From positions 6,868-70,867 of the IMG/VR virus record IMGVR_UViG_3300036985_003583: DNA of 64,000 nt. One strand, 5' to 3'. The notes beneath the pieces are model-generated. The model worked only from the letters and a program-made list of their open reading frames with translations, did not search any database and was not told the DNA's origin. This stretch comes from a virus. Shown piece by piece: positions 9,101 through 19,342 of the stretch (position 1 is the stretch's first letter; the number at the start of each line of letters is the position of its first letter). A program made the translations under genes and the position numbers.

Positions 9101-11589
9101 ACCCTACAATCACTATGACTATAGACGTTGTTACCTTTCCAGACGCAACTTGGAACTGGGGAGTAGCTGGGGATTTAGTAAATGGGAGTTATGTAGTAAT
9201 TCATGGTATTGGCACTACAATATCTGTTACAGGGGCAGGGGATACAATACTTTCTTGGGATAAAGATCTTATCTGGAAAGCAACATATTCAGCAGATATG
9301 TCCGTAGCGGGCGTGAAGGCTGTATTCTTATTGTCTCCACATCTTGTAGGATCTAGAACGCTAGCTACTGCAAACGCTATAGATGCTGCCCAATTTAACC
9401 CTATAAGTGTTGGGTCATTAAAAGCGGAAACAACTTCTGGAACAAGTACTTTAATACAGATATTTAAGCCCAAGCAAGGAACTGGAGGCGCAACTATCTG
9501 CAACTCCACAGTAGCCTTAACTGGCTTTAGCCTCCCTACTGACTACATTGTAGTGGCTCAGACTGGCATAGGTACTGGAGTATTTAGCGCATTAGACCAA
9601 AGAGCCGTAATAGAATTATCTGAATTTGAAGGTGCGGGGCAAATTGGCTCAGACTTATCCCGAGCAAATAGCGGAAACTTTCCTCAATTAACCGACGTTT
9701 CTTGGGTTGTTTCTGAAGTTACCAACGCAAACTCTGTAAAGATGAAATCTCTATCTACGGCTATGGTTTCCCCTGCAGTTATGACGAGTACCTTAACGCT
9801 AGCTGCACAGAGCTGTATAGTAAATGTAACCAAATTAATTACGGTCACTGGAAATAAGTTTAAGATACTCATAAATAAGTACCCGTCCTACCCAGCATCC
9901 ATACCAGGAATTGCTACTCCTTTGGGGGTAAATGACATGCCTTCAGGAATGGGATTCTTACTCATCAGAGGCTTGTCACACCAAAGCGCCTGCTTGGAAT
10001 TATCCGGCCCTATCGGAAATACAGGAGTGGTCACACTGGGAGCTGGCGGAACTACAAACTATAGCGCAATGGAGTTTGAATTACCTTATGACGCGGCAAC
10101 TTCCACATACGCCACTATAGACTACAGTAAGATAACTGGCCTTAGATACTCTTGCTATGTAAGAGCAACTGACTATACAAAGATACCAATACCTGTACCG
10201 AGAACAATGTCCAGTACAGCGACTCTGCAGGATTTAGCGTTGCCTTTATATAGTCAAACAGAGAATATCGGTGAGAGTATTCTCCTTCAGATCTCGAAAA
10301 GACTTTTAGAAGTATTCCCTCAAGCAAGCATTAATCCGGAAGGATCTGTGGCTACCTCTAAGGAAATGTCTGCAAATACCTGCATAATACCTTTTACCAA
10401 AGGAGATGGAACGGCAATAACTATTTATGCTACGTCTGCTTTTGAGATAAAAGGTGCAGATTCTGCCAAAGCTCCTAAAACCTATACTGGGCAAGGGGTA
10501 ACTACTCTAGTATCTCCTTATCCAAGGCAAGATAATAGAGGGGCATCGTTAATCTGGACAGATGTTGTTTCTGCTACAAACGTTGCGGCGCAATCGTTGC
10601 CATCGTTTAAAGAAGGAAACTACCTTGAATTAAATACAGAGGATGACTCGGATATAACCGGATTAACCCCATTCCAGAACGGTTGCTTGATATTTAAAGA
10701 TAATTCTATCTGGCGTCTGACGTTCAATGACTCTAATGTTGGAACATTCCAAAGAATCCAGTCAACCGTTGGCAGCTCCTCAGCCTTCAACTTGGTATCA
10801 AATCTTTCCCAGTGCTACTTCACCAACAATCAAGGAGTCTTTAAGACTGACGGAAGTACCGTTGAACACATACTTAAACTCAATAGAATCTATGACAATC
10901 AAGTGAGCAAAGCTGGCTACCTGCTCCGCCGCAGTGCAGGCTACGTTGATATGAATAAGAAGGTTGTACACCTTGGAGTTCCTTACGTATCCAAATATAC
11001 CTCCCCGTTAAATGCGAACGATGGCGAGGCTAATTACTGCTTTAACGACGCTGTTTACGGCTGGAACATGAACGTCGGTATCGACGCTGTAAAATGGGCC
11101 GAAGCTAACGGAAGCTACTTCTTCATTTCAGCCAGAGGTGACGTTCACAGAGTTAGAGATGAACAATCGTTAAGCCGTTTCCGAGATGGCGAACGTCCTA
11201 TCATTATGAATTTGAAGACAAGGTATGTAACGGCTGAAGACACTAACAGATTCAAATTCTGGAGAAACCTAATATTCCAATTCGATGATACAACCAATTA
11301 CAGCTTCTACACTTACTACAGCTCCAACTATAACTCTACAGAATATCCTCTGGAGTTCTATCCTAGAGTCAAGGCAGCAAGCTATAAAGGCATTGCAACC
11401 TATGGCACAGAACACTTTATGAAGATATTACGAGAAACTTTTGCTGAAAGGGTAAACAGCTTGTCACTTCGTTTCTACGAAGGAAGCATTGATACTGATG
11501 CAAAGATCTTTGGAGTATTCGCAGAAGGCTGGCTAGGAAATACTAGACTAATTTCTCAGAAGGCCACTCCTGGCGGCGAGAGGACTTAG
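6127..11589 (+). CDS. Tail nozzle / tail tubular protein B-like (DNA stabilisation), 1820 aa
   Basis: N-terminal ENTDLS..EIKKRAGY and C-terminal DITGLTPFQNGCLIFKDNSIW...VGSSS..CYFTNNQGVFKTDG propeller-type motifs of T7 gp12/P22 gp10-like proteins. Confidence 0.7.
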   Translation: MAITSGNTSIIPISSKSGIDGSTSIPTIGEGYCIDMENTDLSTANEIKKRAGYVRYCGSLPVKISNTGETYPATTDATFVEATALTNPETTTPCRWVKYNSSLLTIAGGGIAILNKQIGFMADQTENANYVVVELTGPIMGRFGMVEDHECYASNATGTAVLYRPIKILSSTIFIAEASRLPAATGAVMPITSKPSAPEFNRITNVVFDANTHIVTVYTDEVVSSEMIVYSPLLGPSSTITAISFGVSFSVTFAGAFHTTDIRKDFFKLYWNSSSVQRKDRATTGYAEAYSSASASLNSETRVGFTGTDKLIIYGTGVKTAPTALESFYSYSEQTNRVVAVVGGRGYLAPYPEIRTDKGPYVTAPPNVLVAHAFMPKVNNRYSINYIGTANAYVVGDTVTIRRESSSYDMLIVALDTDIIYVTGDVPTSITAGETLHWTRYTRKIILTTTSVIGADSVVLIDGISPHEVAYYEIATKTVMFDSPILFSSNSNIQLYGSWKGYYAAGVTGAIERFETFQRAYGDISAVKSAGRFTYGAYIADQTGVFRVDALRSAECTMAAPQILGIRSIPGSIGTFPIVIGGNNTKMGEAVGVSFTFVFYNADGFRAESEYSPLSDGWATPRAAISGADLSELLEYRVKYPTKYPSGYDLFLCAYLAQSTGEANSQTQYSLYKVIKLYPNGVIGVTTKPYTGTSAMSVLIGDVSVTSLSGAVLTDFTFKTVTTRPPIAKHMVSSESRLIAANLRSHPYIKVTPSKVFTNKKFSSFMSMTTLNNTALQYSAFFAPLGVVPNTEHLPLWGDAPIIKDNTEATATSTNRNTGVVTGNTYAVDNATPAYTVYGVDYKRSYCSVYGDDGAPVTPLTITYTDNSNRFSSVTWAAHASTTLAVLRKVQRNKDLSALPIPFESEVFQYTLASLNYFSSSKWTDSDLDAATNAVALNNTTFIACENWFDGMGELKNSPANLSAIFVTLTGGTVGDDVPGGVAIQSSRPAGNPTITMTIDVVTFPDATWNWGVAGDLVNGSYVVIHGIGTTISVTGAGDTILSWDKDLIWKATYSADMSVAGVKAVFLLSPHLVGSRTLATANAIDAAQFNPISVGSLKAETTSGTSTLIQIFKPKQGTGGATICNSTVALTGFSLPTDYIVVAQTGIGTGVFSALDQRAVIELSEFEGAGQIGSDLSRANSGNFPQLTDVSWVVSEVTNANSVKMKSLSTAMVSPAVMTSTLTLAAQSCIVNVTKLITVTGNKFKILINKYPSYPASIPGIATPLGVNDMPSGMGFLLIRGLSHQSACLELSGPIGNTGVVTLGAGGTTNYSAMEFELPYDAATSTYATIDYSKITGLRYSCYVRATDYTKIPIPVPRTMSSTATLQDLALPLYSQTENIGESILLQISKRLLEVFPQASINPEGSVATSKEMSANTCIIPFTKGDGTAITIYATSAFEIKGADSAKAPKTYTGQGVTTLVSPYPRQDNRGASLIWTDVVSATNVAAQSLPSFKEGNYLELNTEDDSDITGLTPFQNGCLIFKDNSIWRLTFNDSNVGTFQRIQSTVGSSSAFNLVSNLSQCYFTNNQGVFKTDGSTVEHILKLNRIYDNQVSKAGYLLRRSAGYVDMNKKVVHLGVPYVSKYTSPLNANDGEANYCFNDAVYGWNMNVGIDAVKWAEANGSYFFISARGDVHRVRDEQSLSRFRDGERPIIMNLKTRYVTAEDTNRFKFWRNLIFQFDDTTNYSFYTYYSSNYNSTEYPLEFYPRVKAASYKGIATYGTEHFMKILRETFAERVNSLSLRFYEGSIDTDAKIFGVFAEGWLGNTRLISQKATPGGERT

Positions 11590-11591
11590 GG

Positions 11592-11625
11592 CTGGGTGCC
11601 AAATTGGCACCTAGGTTTCTGTCTT
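11592..11625 (+). terminator. Palindrome / possible terminator after the nozzle gene
   Basis: CTGGGTGCCAA-A-TTGGCACCTAG followed by a T-rich tail. Confidence 0.5.
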
Positions 11626-11768
11626 GTTGATATTAGAGGGGACTACTGGTATGGTTTCTTCAGCGCAGGGCTATTCTACTGGAACTGCGCCAAATCTTCT
11701 CACTCCTTAACACTAAACTTAATAAACAGCAACTTCTATGCTATCCTCTAAGTAACGGAGGAAACATC

Positions 11769-12293
11769 ATGAAATTTGAAGCATTACAGTTTAAACCCAA
11801 CGGCACAGAGCCAGAATCCTTAGCTCAATTCTTTACCCATTACGCTTTCGTTAACCGCTTCCTTACTCGCTTTAACATAGATAAATTAACATCCGTAGAA
11901 AACGTAGCTAGCTATTCTACCGCAACGTCAATTCCGCACGGAGTTGTCGTTGATATTCCTCACAATCTTGGATTTGTTCCGACAGTAGCCACTTGTTCGG
12001 GCAGAGTGGAATTCTACTCCGTTACGGCAAAAACGGCTTCCAAGGTTTCAATTCTGGCAAAGCTCCACACCGTCGACATCACAACCCCTGTTCCGAGCCG
12101 ACCTCAGAACCGGATAGAAGTTTCCGACGTTACATTCTTAAACGCCGGTGATTATGTTAAGATAGGAAACGTTGTCAGGAAACTAATAGGCATAGACAGA
12201 AATCTTCTGATCTTGGGTCAGAATGTTATCTATGATAACACTGTCCGGACTATATCTTTGGCATCAACCGCAGTAAGCGTCTTTATCTTTTAA
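11769..12293 (+). CDS. Small tail/structural protein
   Basis: GGAGG RBS; IPHNLGFVPT motif common in phage tail proteins that follow the nozzle. Confidence 0.6.
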   Translation: MKFEALQFKPNGTEPESLAQFFTHYAFVNRFLTRFNIDKLTSVENVASYSTATSIPHGVVVDIPHNLGFVPTVATCSGRVEFYSVTAKTASKVSILAKLHTVDITTPVPSRPQNRIEVSDVTFLNAGDYVKIGNVVRKLIGIDRNLLILGQNVIYDNTVRTISLASTAVSVFIF

Positions 12294-12305
12294 GAGGTTC
12301 ACTTA

Positions 12306-15300
12306 ATGGCATGGAATAACACTCCCTCCGACTGGCAAACGACGACAAAACCTGAGCAGTACAAAGACGGTGCTACAGGGCTTACCGCGAAACAGACTGA
12401 CATGGCTGGGTCGATGTACCCTGGCGCTTTCAAGCCTTCAGAACCTGAAGCAAAACCTCAAGACGACGGTATTTCCTCTGACACGTTACAGCAGGAGAAG
12501 GCTGAAGAGTACAAACAGGCTCCTGATAAGATGGCTCAGAAGAAAGCAGAAATGCAGGCTTCTGGAATTCAACAGAAAGTTCAGGATGTTTCTTCCCGAA
12601 TCGGAGCATTCTCCTATTCACTACAGGAAAAAGTAAACAAATTCCTAACAGCCCCGACAGACACTTTCGGCATCATGGCAACTCTCGACCCGAAAACAGG
12701 GGAGATAGTTTCTACCGATACGAAGACAAACCTTGACCCCGCTATAGCTCAGAAGCAGGCTCAACAGAAAGCCATCACCGACTCTATGCAACAGTATCTA
12801 GAGAAGATGAACACAGGCGGCTACCGCGCTAAATCGTTCATGGAAGCCATGAAAGGCCAGCTCGGTAACGACGATCAGTCCGCTCAATTGATGCAGATGA
12901 TCGACACTCTGGATAACATGAAGAAGTCCGGATACGGCGACAGCACCGAAGCTAAGGCTCTACAGCAACAGATGGAAGAAATGGATACCTTTGGATTAGC
13001 CTCACAGCTTCGTGGCGCCAAGAGCCGCTATGAGAACCTGATGGGCATTGGTGCCAAGGAAGATGCTACCAAGTGGTACGGGGAAACTGGCAAAGAGGGC
13101 AAGACGGCATTAGAGCTTTCCCAGCTCAGTGCTGACAGCCTCAAGGACGAGATGCAGAAAGCCTCAGTATCAGCCTCCGGACTATTCTCCGGAGAAGTAG
13201 AAAGCTCGTTAGTACAGGAATATGACAGACAGTCAGTAGAAGCTAAACGCTCGGGACAGCTGGATAAACAAACCAACGACGCCTTTGCCTTGGCTGCTGA
13301 CGCTATGCTTGATGACACAACCACTACAATGGGAAAGACTTACGCAACAATAAAAGAAAAGCTTAACAGTCCAGAACTCCAAAAGGACATTCAAGCAATA
13401 CTTGATGGTCTGGGAGTAGAAGGAGCAGACTTATGGGGTGACATGCTCGCTGACGGCGGAACACTCTATGACGTTATAACGAAAACCCTTAACGATCCCG
13501 ACTCCGGATTAGCCAATGAAGAGCGTAAGCTATTATCTAACTACATGGGATCTTTAGGCGGCGGGACTGGAGAAGGACAGCTAGCTCTGTGGATAAAGAG
13601 TCTCGCTAACTCTGGGGAATTTACCATTACAGAAGAGGACGGAACTCCTCGCGTTATCAAACCGTCAGCTCAGATGAAGCATGAGATTCTTCGCCTTATG
13701 ACAGACCCGAACATCAACCGAGATCAAGCTATGGCTAAAGTCGGAGAAATGATTGGTGGGCTGCAGACAGGCTCTACGTTAAAGGACGGGAGCAAGCAAA
13801 CAATAAATACTTTCCTTAAATCTATCCTTGATGGATCTGCATTGCAGGCTGGTAAGTTCGATACAACCTTAACTAACTTCAAAGATGGTTTGACTAAAAC
13901 ACTGAAATCCTTTGTTGGTAGTAAGACAGAAGAAGCTTTTAAGAACTCTATGGCTAAGATATTAGGCCCAACGGTTGTGGGAATTGATAAGATGTCTGTA
14001 ACCGAGTTGAGCAAATACTTCCATGAACAACTTACGCCTAGTGAGCAGGAAGCTATCCGTAAGCTAGTCAAAGTAGATATTGATAATAATATGTTACAAG
14101 GTAACAAGGTATTGGAAGCTAATATTAAAGAGGCTACCAACAACGCCACTAAAGTTCTCACGGATAAGCTGGGTGAAGTAGACACTGAAGAGAAGAGACT
14201 TAATCTTCTTAAAGATGCTACGATAAATTATATCCCAAACAAGTTTAATAATTTAAAGAATAACCTTAATACGAAACTAGGAACTAACGACCCAAATCTT
14301 TATAGATCGAAAGCCCTTACCGACGCTGCTACTGGAATAGCTAATCAAATATCTGGACAAGACTGGTTTATAGCTAATGTAAATATGAATACTCTAACTC
14401 CGGGGGACGCGCAAACAATAGGAATGGCTTATGCATTACAGCAGTATACCCCACTTCTTACGGAGTTAATGGGAACTGAATTCCAGCCTCCTGACTTAAG
14501 TAAAGCCTTTAACACTGGGGCGGGGAGAGTAGAATTAAAAGACGTTAATGCCTATGCTGAATATGTGAAAAATGCCATTTTAAGAGTTAGAATGAATGAT
14601 CCAAAGATCTTCTCCAAAGACCCTAAAGACCCGACAAAGGTTTCAGGGACTTTCGTGCAGAACATAACTCCACAAGAGATAGACTCTAACAACAGTTCCC
14701 AACAACAAATAGAAAAGGCTCTGGGCGGATTGCTAAAAACCCGTGCTACCTTAAAGAATGCACTCCAGACCGTTAATACCCAACTAGCGCAGATAAACAA
14801 AGAGCCTATTCAGATGAATCCAGAAGAATTGATGGAGAATCTGCTAGGAGTTTCCTCAGGAAAAGAGACTACTGAGGCAGCGGGCAAAGATACTGGAATG
14901 CAGATAATTAACGGCAATCTTGTCTTTGGCGACGGGACTCGCGTTCCATTAACTCCCGAAGTTATTGCACAGATACAAGAGGCTATGGCGTTATCTGCTG
15001 GAACTGGGTTCCCTGCAAGCATTTCTACGGGGGATACAAGGACAGCACTTGGGCAATCGAATCTTCCAAGCGGAATGGGACTCCCAACAGCCCCTACTGC
15101 ATCCAACGAACTTACAGAAGAAGACTTGGCAGCAGCCTCTGCAGCTTCAAATCCGGGGCCTACTTGGGATGAGTTTAGCAAGAAATGGATACCTAGTGAG
15201 ATAAAAGCAGTAGGCCACGGGGCGCAACATATCGGACAAGGTGTTTTAGACACCTATGACGATATATTAGTTAACCCGGCTAAGAAGATGGCTTCCAGTG

Positions 15301-15335
15301 CTGGTAAATCTCTTAAAAAACTTTTTGGTAGGTGA
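12306..15335 (+). CDS. Probable internal virion / ejection protein (1009 aa)
   Basis: Helical Q/K/A/M-rich composition; position in the podovirus-like structural cluster. Confidence 0.55.
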   Translation: MAWNNTPSDWQTTTKPEQYKDGATGLTAKQTDMAGSMYPGAFKPSEPEAKPQDDGISSDTLQQEKAEEYKQAPDKMAQKKAEMQASGIQQKVQDVSSRIGAFSYSLQEKVNKFLTAPTDTFGIMATLDPKTGEIVSTDTKTNLDPAIAQKQAQQKAITDSMQQYLEKMNTGGYRAKSFMEAMKGQLGNDDQSAQLMQMIDTLDNMKKSGYGDSTEAKALQQQMEEMDTFGLASQLRGAKSRYENLMGIGAKEDATKWYGETGKEGKTALELSQLSADSLKDEMQKASVSASGLFSGEVESSLVQEYDRQSVEAKRSGQLDKQTNDAFALAADAMLDDTTTTMGKTYATIKEKLNSPELQKDIQAILDGLGVEGADLWGDMLADGGTLYDVITKTLNDPDSGLANEERKLLSNYMGSLGGGTGEGQLALWIKSLANSGEFTITEEDGTPRVIKPSAQMKHEILRLMTDPNINRDQAMAKVGEMIGGLQTGSTLKDGSKQTINTFLKSILDGSALQAGKFDTTLTNFKDGLTKTLKSFVGSKTEEAFKNSMAKILGPTVVGIDKMSVTELSKYFHEQLTPSEQEAIRKLVKVDIDNNMLQGNKVLEANIKEATNNATKVLTDKLGEVDTEEKRLNLLKDATINYIPNKFNNLKNNLNTKLGTNDPNLYRSKALTDAATGIANQISGQDWFIANVNMNTLTPGDAQTIGMAYALQQYTPLLTELMGTEFQPPDLSKAFNTGAGRVELKDVNAYAEYVKNAILRVRMNDPKIFSKDPKDPTKVSGTFVQNITPQEIDSNNSSQQQIEKALGGLLKTRATLKNALQTVNTQLAQINKEPIQMNPEELMENLLGVSSGKETTEAAGKDTGMQIINGNLVFGDGTRVPLTPEVIAQIQEAMALSAGTGFPASISTGDTRTALGQSNLPSGMGLPTAPTASNELTEEDLAAASAASNPGPTWDEFSKKWIPSEIKAVGHGAQHIGQGVLDTYDDILVNPAKKMASSAGKSLKKLFGR

Positions 15336-15338
15336 TAA

Positions 15339-16061
15339 ATGGTAGCATTCTCTTCAGAAGTATATAAGAACACAGCGGAGCAGCCTACGTCGGATCTTAC
15401 CGACTATACTGACTATCTAAAGAAACGAGCAAAAGCGGCGCAGAAGTGGGAGGGAAGTGCTACGGGATACGTCCCGCAGACCTCACTTGCTGACGACCTA
15501 GCGGCACAGGACGCTTACAAGTCCGGAGAATACAACCGACGCACCGGAGCTGCTGAACAGGAAATGGGGCTCGCTAAGGCTGAGGACACCAGAACAGCTT
15601 CTGTAGCTGACAGAGTTAAGCAAGCTCTCTATGACCGTACACAGGCTCAGCAGGCTACTGACACAGCCTCAGGACAGCAAACCCGTACAGCCTACCAAGG
15701 GGCGCAAGAGGCGCAGCAGGGATACAAGCAATCTCTGCAGAAGCTGGACTTTACAAAATACACCAACGCTGCTGACCGCTACGACTCATTGAAAGCTGCG
15801 TGGGATAAAGGCACAGCCGAGTTTGAGATACTAAAAGCAAACAGAGCGGGAGCATTAAATATAGCAGACCTTGATCGTTACTACGGAATGGCGATGGCTG
15901 AGATGATGAATGAGCTGGAGAAGGTTAAATCATTTGAACAGGATTCTGCAGAAGCTATAGCATTAAAAATACTTAATATGGCTAAGGGAACTGCTTCGGT
16001 AGTTGAAGGCGGGACAGAGTTGGCAATGCAGATCTTTGGCTACGCAATGCAAAAGAAATAA
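15339..16061 (+). CDS. Probable internal virion protein
   Basis: Ala/Gln-rich helical ORF coupled to its neighbours. Confidence 0.5.
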   Translation: MVAFSSEVYKNTAEQPTSDLTDYTDYLKKRAKAAQKWEGSATGYVPQTSLADDLAAQDAYKSGEYNRRTGAAEQEMGLAKAEDTRTASVADRVKQALYDRTQAQQATDTASGQQTRTAYQGAQEAQQGYKQSLQKLDFTKYTNAADRYDSLKAAWDKGTAEFEILKANRAGALNIADLDRYYGMAMAEMMNELEKVKSFEQDSAEAIALKILNMAKGTASVVEGGTELAMQIFGYAMQKK

Positions 16062-16072
16062 TTGGGAGATAT

Positions 16073-16447
16073 ATGGAAAACCTAAAACGGATACTTAGAA
16101 AATTACAGGATGTTAACTATATTTCCCGTCCGATGCAGCAAGAAGAGGAAATGATTAACCTATCGTTCCCTGAGAAGCAGGCTATGCAGGGCTCGCCCGT
16201 TGGGCAGCCACAGCCTCCTAACCCTGCTACGATGCCTTTGAGCGACGCTGCTATGGGTAAGATGGCTACAGGCTTGGAGCGTCCCGGAGATATGAGTCAG
16301 CCGTCTGAGCCGGAAGCTGCTGTCGAGTCACCGCAGAGAAAGAAGCTTCGCTATCTCGACACTATGCAAATGAATCAGAAGTCGAAGTTTCCAGAGCTGA
16401 AGCCTGTTTCTACTTTAGCCGGAGGTAACCGTGGCCTTAGAATTTAA
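16073..16447 (+). CDS. Hypothetical Pro/Met/Gln-rich protein
   Basis: GGAG RBS; overlaps the next gene. Confidence 0.6.
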   Translation: MENLKRILRKLQDVNYISRPMQQEEEMINLSFPEKQAMQGSPVGQPQPPNPATMPLSDAAMGKMATGLERPGDMSQPSEPEAAVESPQRKKLRYLDTMQMNQKSKFPELKPVSTLAGGNRGLRI

Positions 16448-17276
16448 AGACTGGGGCTTAACCCCTGAACAGAAAGTAGCTTCACAGAAGCAAGCTCTTG
16501 GAGACTTTACCGACGTTGCCCAGCCTGCGACCAAGAAGCAGGAAGCATTGGAGCGTGGCAAGCTCGCTGGAGACGTTTACTCGCAAGCAGCGCAGTCAGC
16601 TAAGTCTGGCAACCTGCAAGCCATTTCCCCCATGCTAGCCAAGGCACAGGCTCAAGCTGCTGAGCTAATTCCTCAGCAAAAGACCAGAGCGCAAGACTTG
16701 GCCTACAAAGGCGCAATGTACAAAGAAGGAATTCTTAGTGCAAAGCAGGGCGCTGCTGTTGGTGACTTTGAACGAAACACCCAAATATACAAAGACAAAG
16801 CTGCGACCATGCTAGCTAACAGAGCTTTCGAGCAAGGCATGAGTGCGAAAGAATTAGCAATGAGCCTTGACGGATCCTTATCCGACAAAGGCTTGGAACA
16901 ACTTAAATCCGATTATGAGGCTGGAAGAGTTACCAAACAAGAACTAACAGATATTGGAACGCAGTTAGCTATACAGGCCAATCAGATGAAACTGCAGTTG
17001 CAGGAAGATCTCGCTAAACTCCGTGGAGAGCTTGAGCGAGATATTGCTACTGGAAACGTGGAAGCGGCGAAGAAGCGTCTTATCGAGCACCTCGATAGAC
17101 AGAAAGAAGCTGCAGCCACTGCAGCCAAAGCCTCTAATATCGGAAGCGTTATCAGCGGCATTACAGGAGTTATCGGAGGGGTTGCTGCCGGATACTTCAC
17201 TGGCTGGAACCCGGCTGCAATGGCAGCCGGTTATGGAGCAGGGTCTACACTTGGAGAAGGCATAGCTAACGCATAA
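16431..17276 (+). CDS. Probable DNA-ejection / pilot-like protein
   Basis: Coiled-coil body with C-terminal glycine-zipper hydrophobic segments (GSVISGITGVIGGVAAG...AAGYGAGSTLG). Confidence 0.55.
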   Translation: MALEFKDWGLTPEQKVASQKQALGDFTDVAQPATKKQEALERGKLAGDVYSQAAQSAKSGNLQAISPMLAKAQAQAAELIPQQKTRAQDLAYKGAMYKEGILSAKQGAAVGDFERNTQIYKDKAATMLANRAFEQGMSAKELAMSLDGSLSDKGLEQLKSDYEAGRVTKQELTDIGTQLAIQANQMKLQLQEDLAKLRGELERDIATGNVEAAKKRLIEHLDRQKEAAATAAKASNIGSVISGITGVIGGVAAGYFTGWNPAAMAAGYGAGSTLGEGIANA

Positions 17277-17293
17277 TTAAGAAAGGAATTTTA

Positions 17294-19342
17294 ATGAATC
17301 CAGCAGAATATGAGAATTTATCGGTAGAGCAGTTTAAGGCTAAGTTTGGTAGAATGCCTTCTACAGAAGAAGGCAAGCTAATGATGGCAGCCGTCCCTAC
17401 GAACGACGCTTGGCGGAACAGAACACCCGTTCCAATGAAGATTGGAGCATCAGTCCCTGCGCCGCAGTCAACGCCTCAAGGGGAAGCGACGCCAGCTCCA
17501 TATAAGATGCCCAATGATGCTGCAAACCGCAACACACAACAGATGCTAAAGGACTGGGGAAGCCGTGTAAACGGCCCTTCTCCCTTCCCTACGGCCCCTA
17601 TTGGTGACGGCGCAGCTCCTGTGCTCCCTGTAACGCCTCCTGCTCCAGCGGATGAGAGCTGGCAAGGGAAGCTAAAGAGTGCTTTCGGAATCGGGCAGGA
17701 AAAGACAACTCCTGCTAAACCCTCTGAAGGAGCGGGCTGGGGTCAGGATAGCGAGAGTTTAGCGGATCAGTTTAAAAGAAAATTAGGTATTGTTGACTAT
17801 AAAGGCGGAGCGCCAGTTTCCCCTGCAACAGCTCCAAAGGCCGCGCCAACTCCAGCGCCTACGGCACCTGCGGCACCCGCTGTCCCGCCTGTAGCTCCGG
17901 TAGCGCCTGTAGCCCCCGTGCTGCCTACTAAATCTAAGCCAGCGGACAATCCTGCTGTGAAGAACCTCAAAGCGAAAGCAGCGGCTCCCGCGCCTGTAGC
18001 TCCTTTGGGTCAGCCTGGCTCATATCTTACAGAAGCTCTCGGCGGAACTTCAGGAGAAGCTGCACCTTCAAATAAATTTGCTAGGTTTGCTACTGGAGAT
18101 AAAGACATAAACGCTTATTCCATACCTAAGTCTACTCAGAAAATATCTTCTGAAGATACCGGAGCACAGGCAGAGAATATAAAACTTGGCGCTCAGGCCG
18201 GTTCCAGCGCAGCCTACGCCAAGACTAAAGCAGCTCAGGATGCACTTACAGGAATTGAAGGGGCTCAGGGAGCTGCCGGAAAAGATAAAGCTACTCAGAT
18301 AAAGAATTACCTAGGACAGCTCGATGCTAATCAACGCGCTGAATTCTGGCAGGGGCTTATTCACTCCCTCGGCAAGATAACTGCAGGCGTTGTCGGAAGA
18401 GCTCAAGGAGCTGACGTAGCAGGTCACTATAAACCTACGAGCGTGTTCAACGTAGATACAGCTAACAAAGCAGCTAAAGAAAGATTCGGGGCGGAATCGG
18501 CGCAAACAGATGAACGTATGCAACAGGCTGTTGAGCGGCTTAAAGCTGGCGGGCAATTACAGGGCGAAATGGGCGCTATTCCTTTTACCTCCGAACAGAA
18601 GATGAGAGAGCAATTGGCTAATCTTCCCGGAACCAAGAAAGAAACAACTACGGGCTCTGAGATTCAATTGGTAAATAAAGGAGGACAAGCCGCTAAAGCC
18701 AAAGGCCCTGACGAGTCTTATGCCAGATTAAGTGGACGCTCTAGAGAAGATGCAATGAATGCTGCGGCGACTAAAGAAAAGGCTTGGCTTGCTTCAGGAG
18801 TTCAGAACATACCTCCAACCGGAAATACTCCTAATGAGAGAGCCGATAACTTTTCGTTAATTCAACAATACTCCGGAGAAGCTCCTGATGTATTGAAGAA
18901 ACTGTACATGCTGATGGAGAAGTCTGGTAAAAATCCTAAAGATGCTTCCGACACAGCCATTGAGATAATCCATAAATCCAGAAGAGTTCCTTCTGATATG
19001 CATTCAGATCAAGGAAGAGAGTGGTATGATCAAATGCAGAGACTGCTCTCTGCAGGCATTGACTTCGGAACACTTCCTGATGAAGTTACCCAGCACAAAT
19101 CTGGAGGAATTGCTTCTCTTTATAAAGAGAATGATCCTTATGATACTAAGAATCCTAACTCTTGGATAAACAAACCGGGGAATAGGGAGAAGCTGGCTCA
19201 GGAACAAGGGCAGACAGGTGCACCTGCACCTGCCGCTGCTCCGACACCTTTACAGAAAGCAGTTAGAAAGCTTACTCCTGATGAGTTAAAGAAGGCATCT
19301 CCAGGAGAACTGAAATATATGAGAGAACATAAGAAAAAGTAA
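17294..19342 (+). CDS. Probable internal virion protein, Pro/Ala-rich
   Basis: 682-aa ORF, AAGGA RBS. Confidence 0.55.
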   Translation: MNPAEYENLSVEQFKAKFGRMPSTEEGKLMMAAVPTNDAWRNRTPVPMKIGASVPAPQSTPQGEATPAPYKMPNDAANRNTQQMLKDWGSRVNGPSPFPTAPIGDGAAPVLPVTPPAPADESWQGKLKSAFGIGQEKTTPAKPSEGAGWGQDSESLADQFKRKLGIVDYKGGAPVSPATAPKAAPTPAPTAPAAPAVPPVAPVAPVAPVLPTKSKPADNPAVKNLKAKAAAPAPVAPLGQPGSYLTEALGGTSGEAAPSNKFARFATGDKDINAYSIPKSTQKISSEDTGAQAENIKLGAQAGSSAAYAKTKAAQDALTGIEGAQGAAGKDKATQIKNYLGQLDANQRAEFWQGLIHSLGKITAGVVGRAQGADVAGHYKPTSVFNVDTANKAAKERFGAESAQTDERMQQAVERLKAGGQLQGEMGAIPFTSEQKMREQLANLPGTKKETTTGSEIQLVNKGGQAAKAKGPDESYARLSGRSREDAMNAAATKEKAWLASGVQNIPPTGNTPNERADNFSLIQQYSGEAPDVLKKLYMLMEKSGKNPKDASDTAIEIIHKSRRVPSDMHSDQGREWYDQMQRLLSAGIDFGTLPDEVTQHKSGGIASLYKENDPYDTKNPNSWINKPGNREKLAQEQGQTGAPAPAAAPTPLQKAVRKLTPDELKKASPGELKYMREHKKK

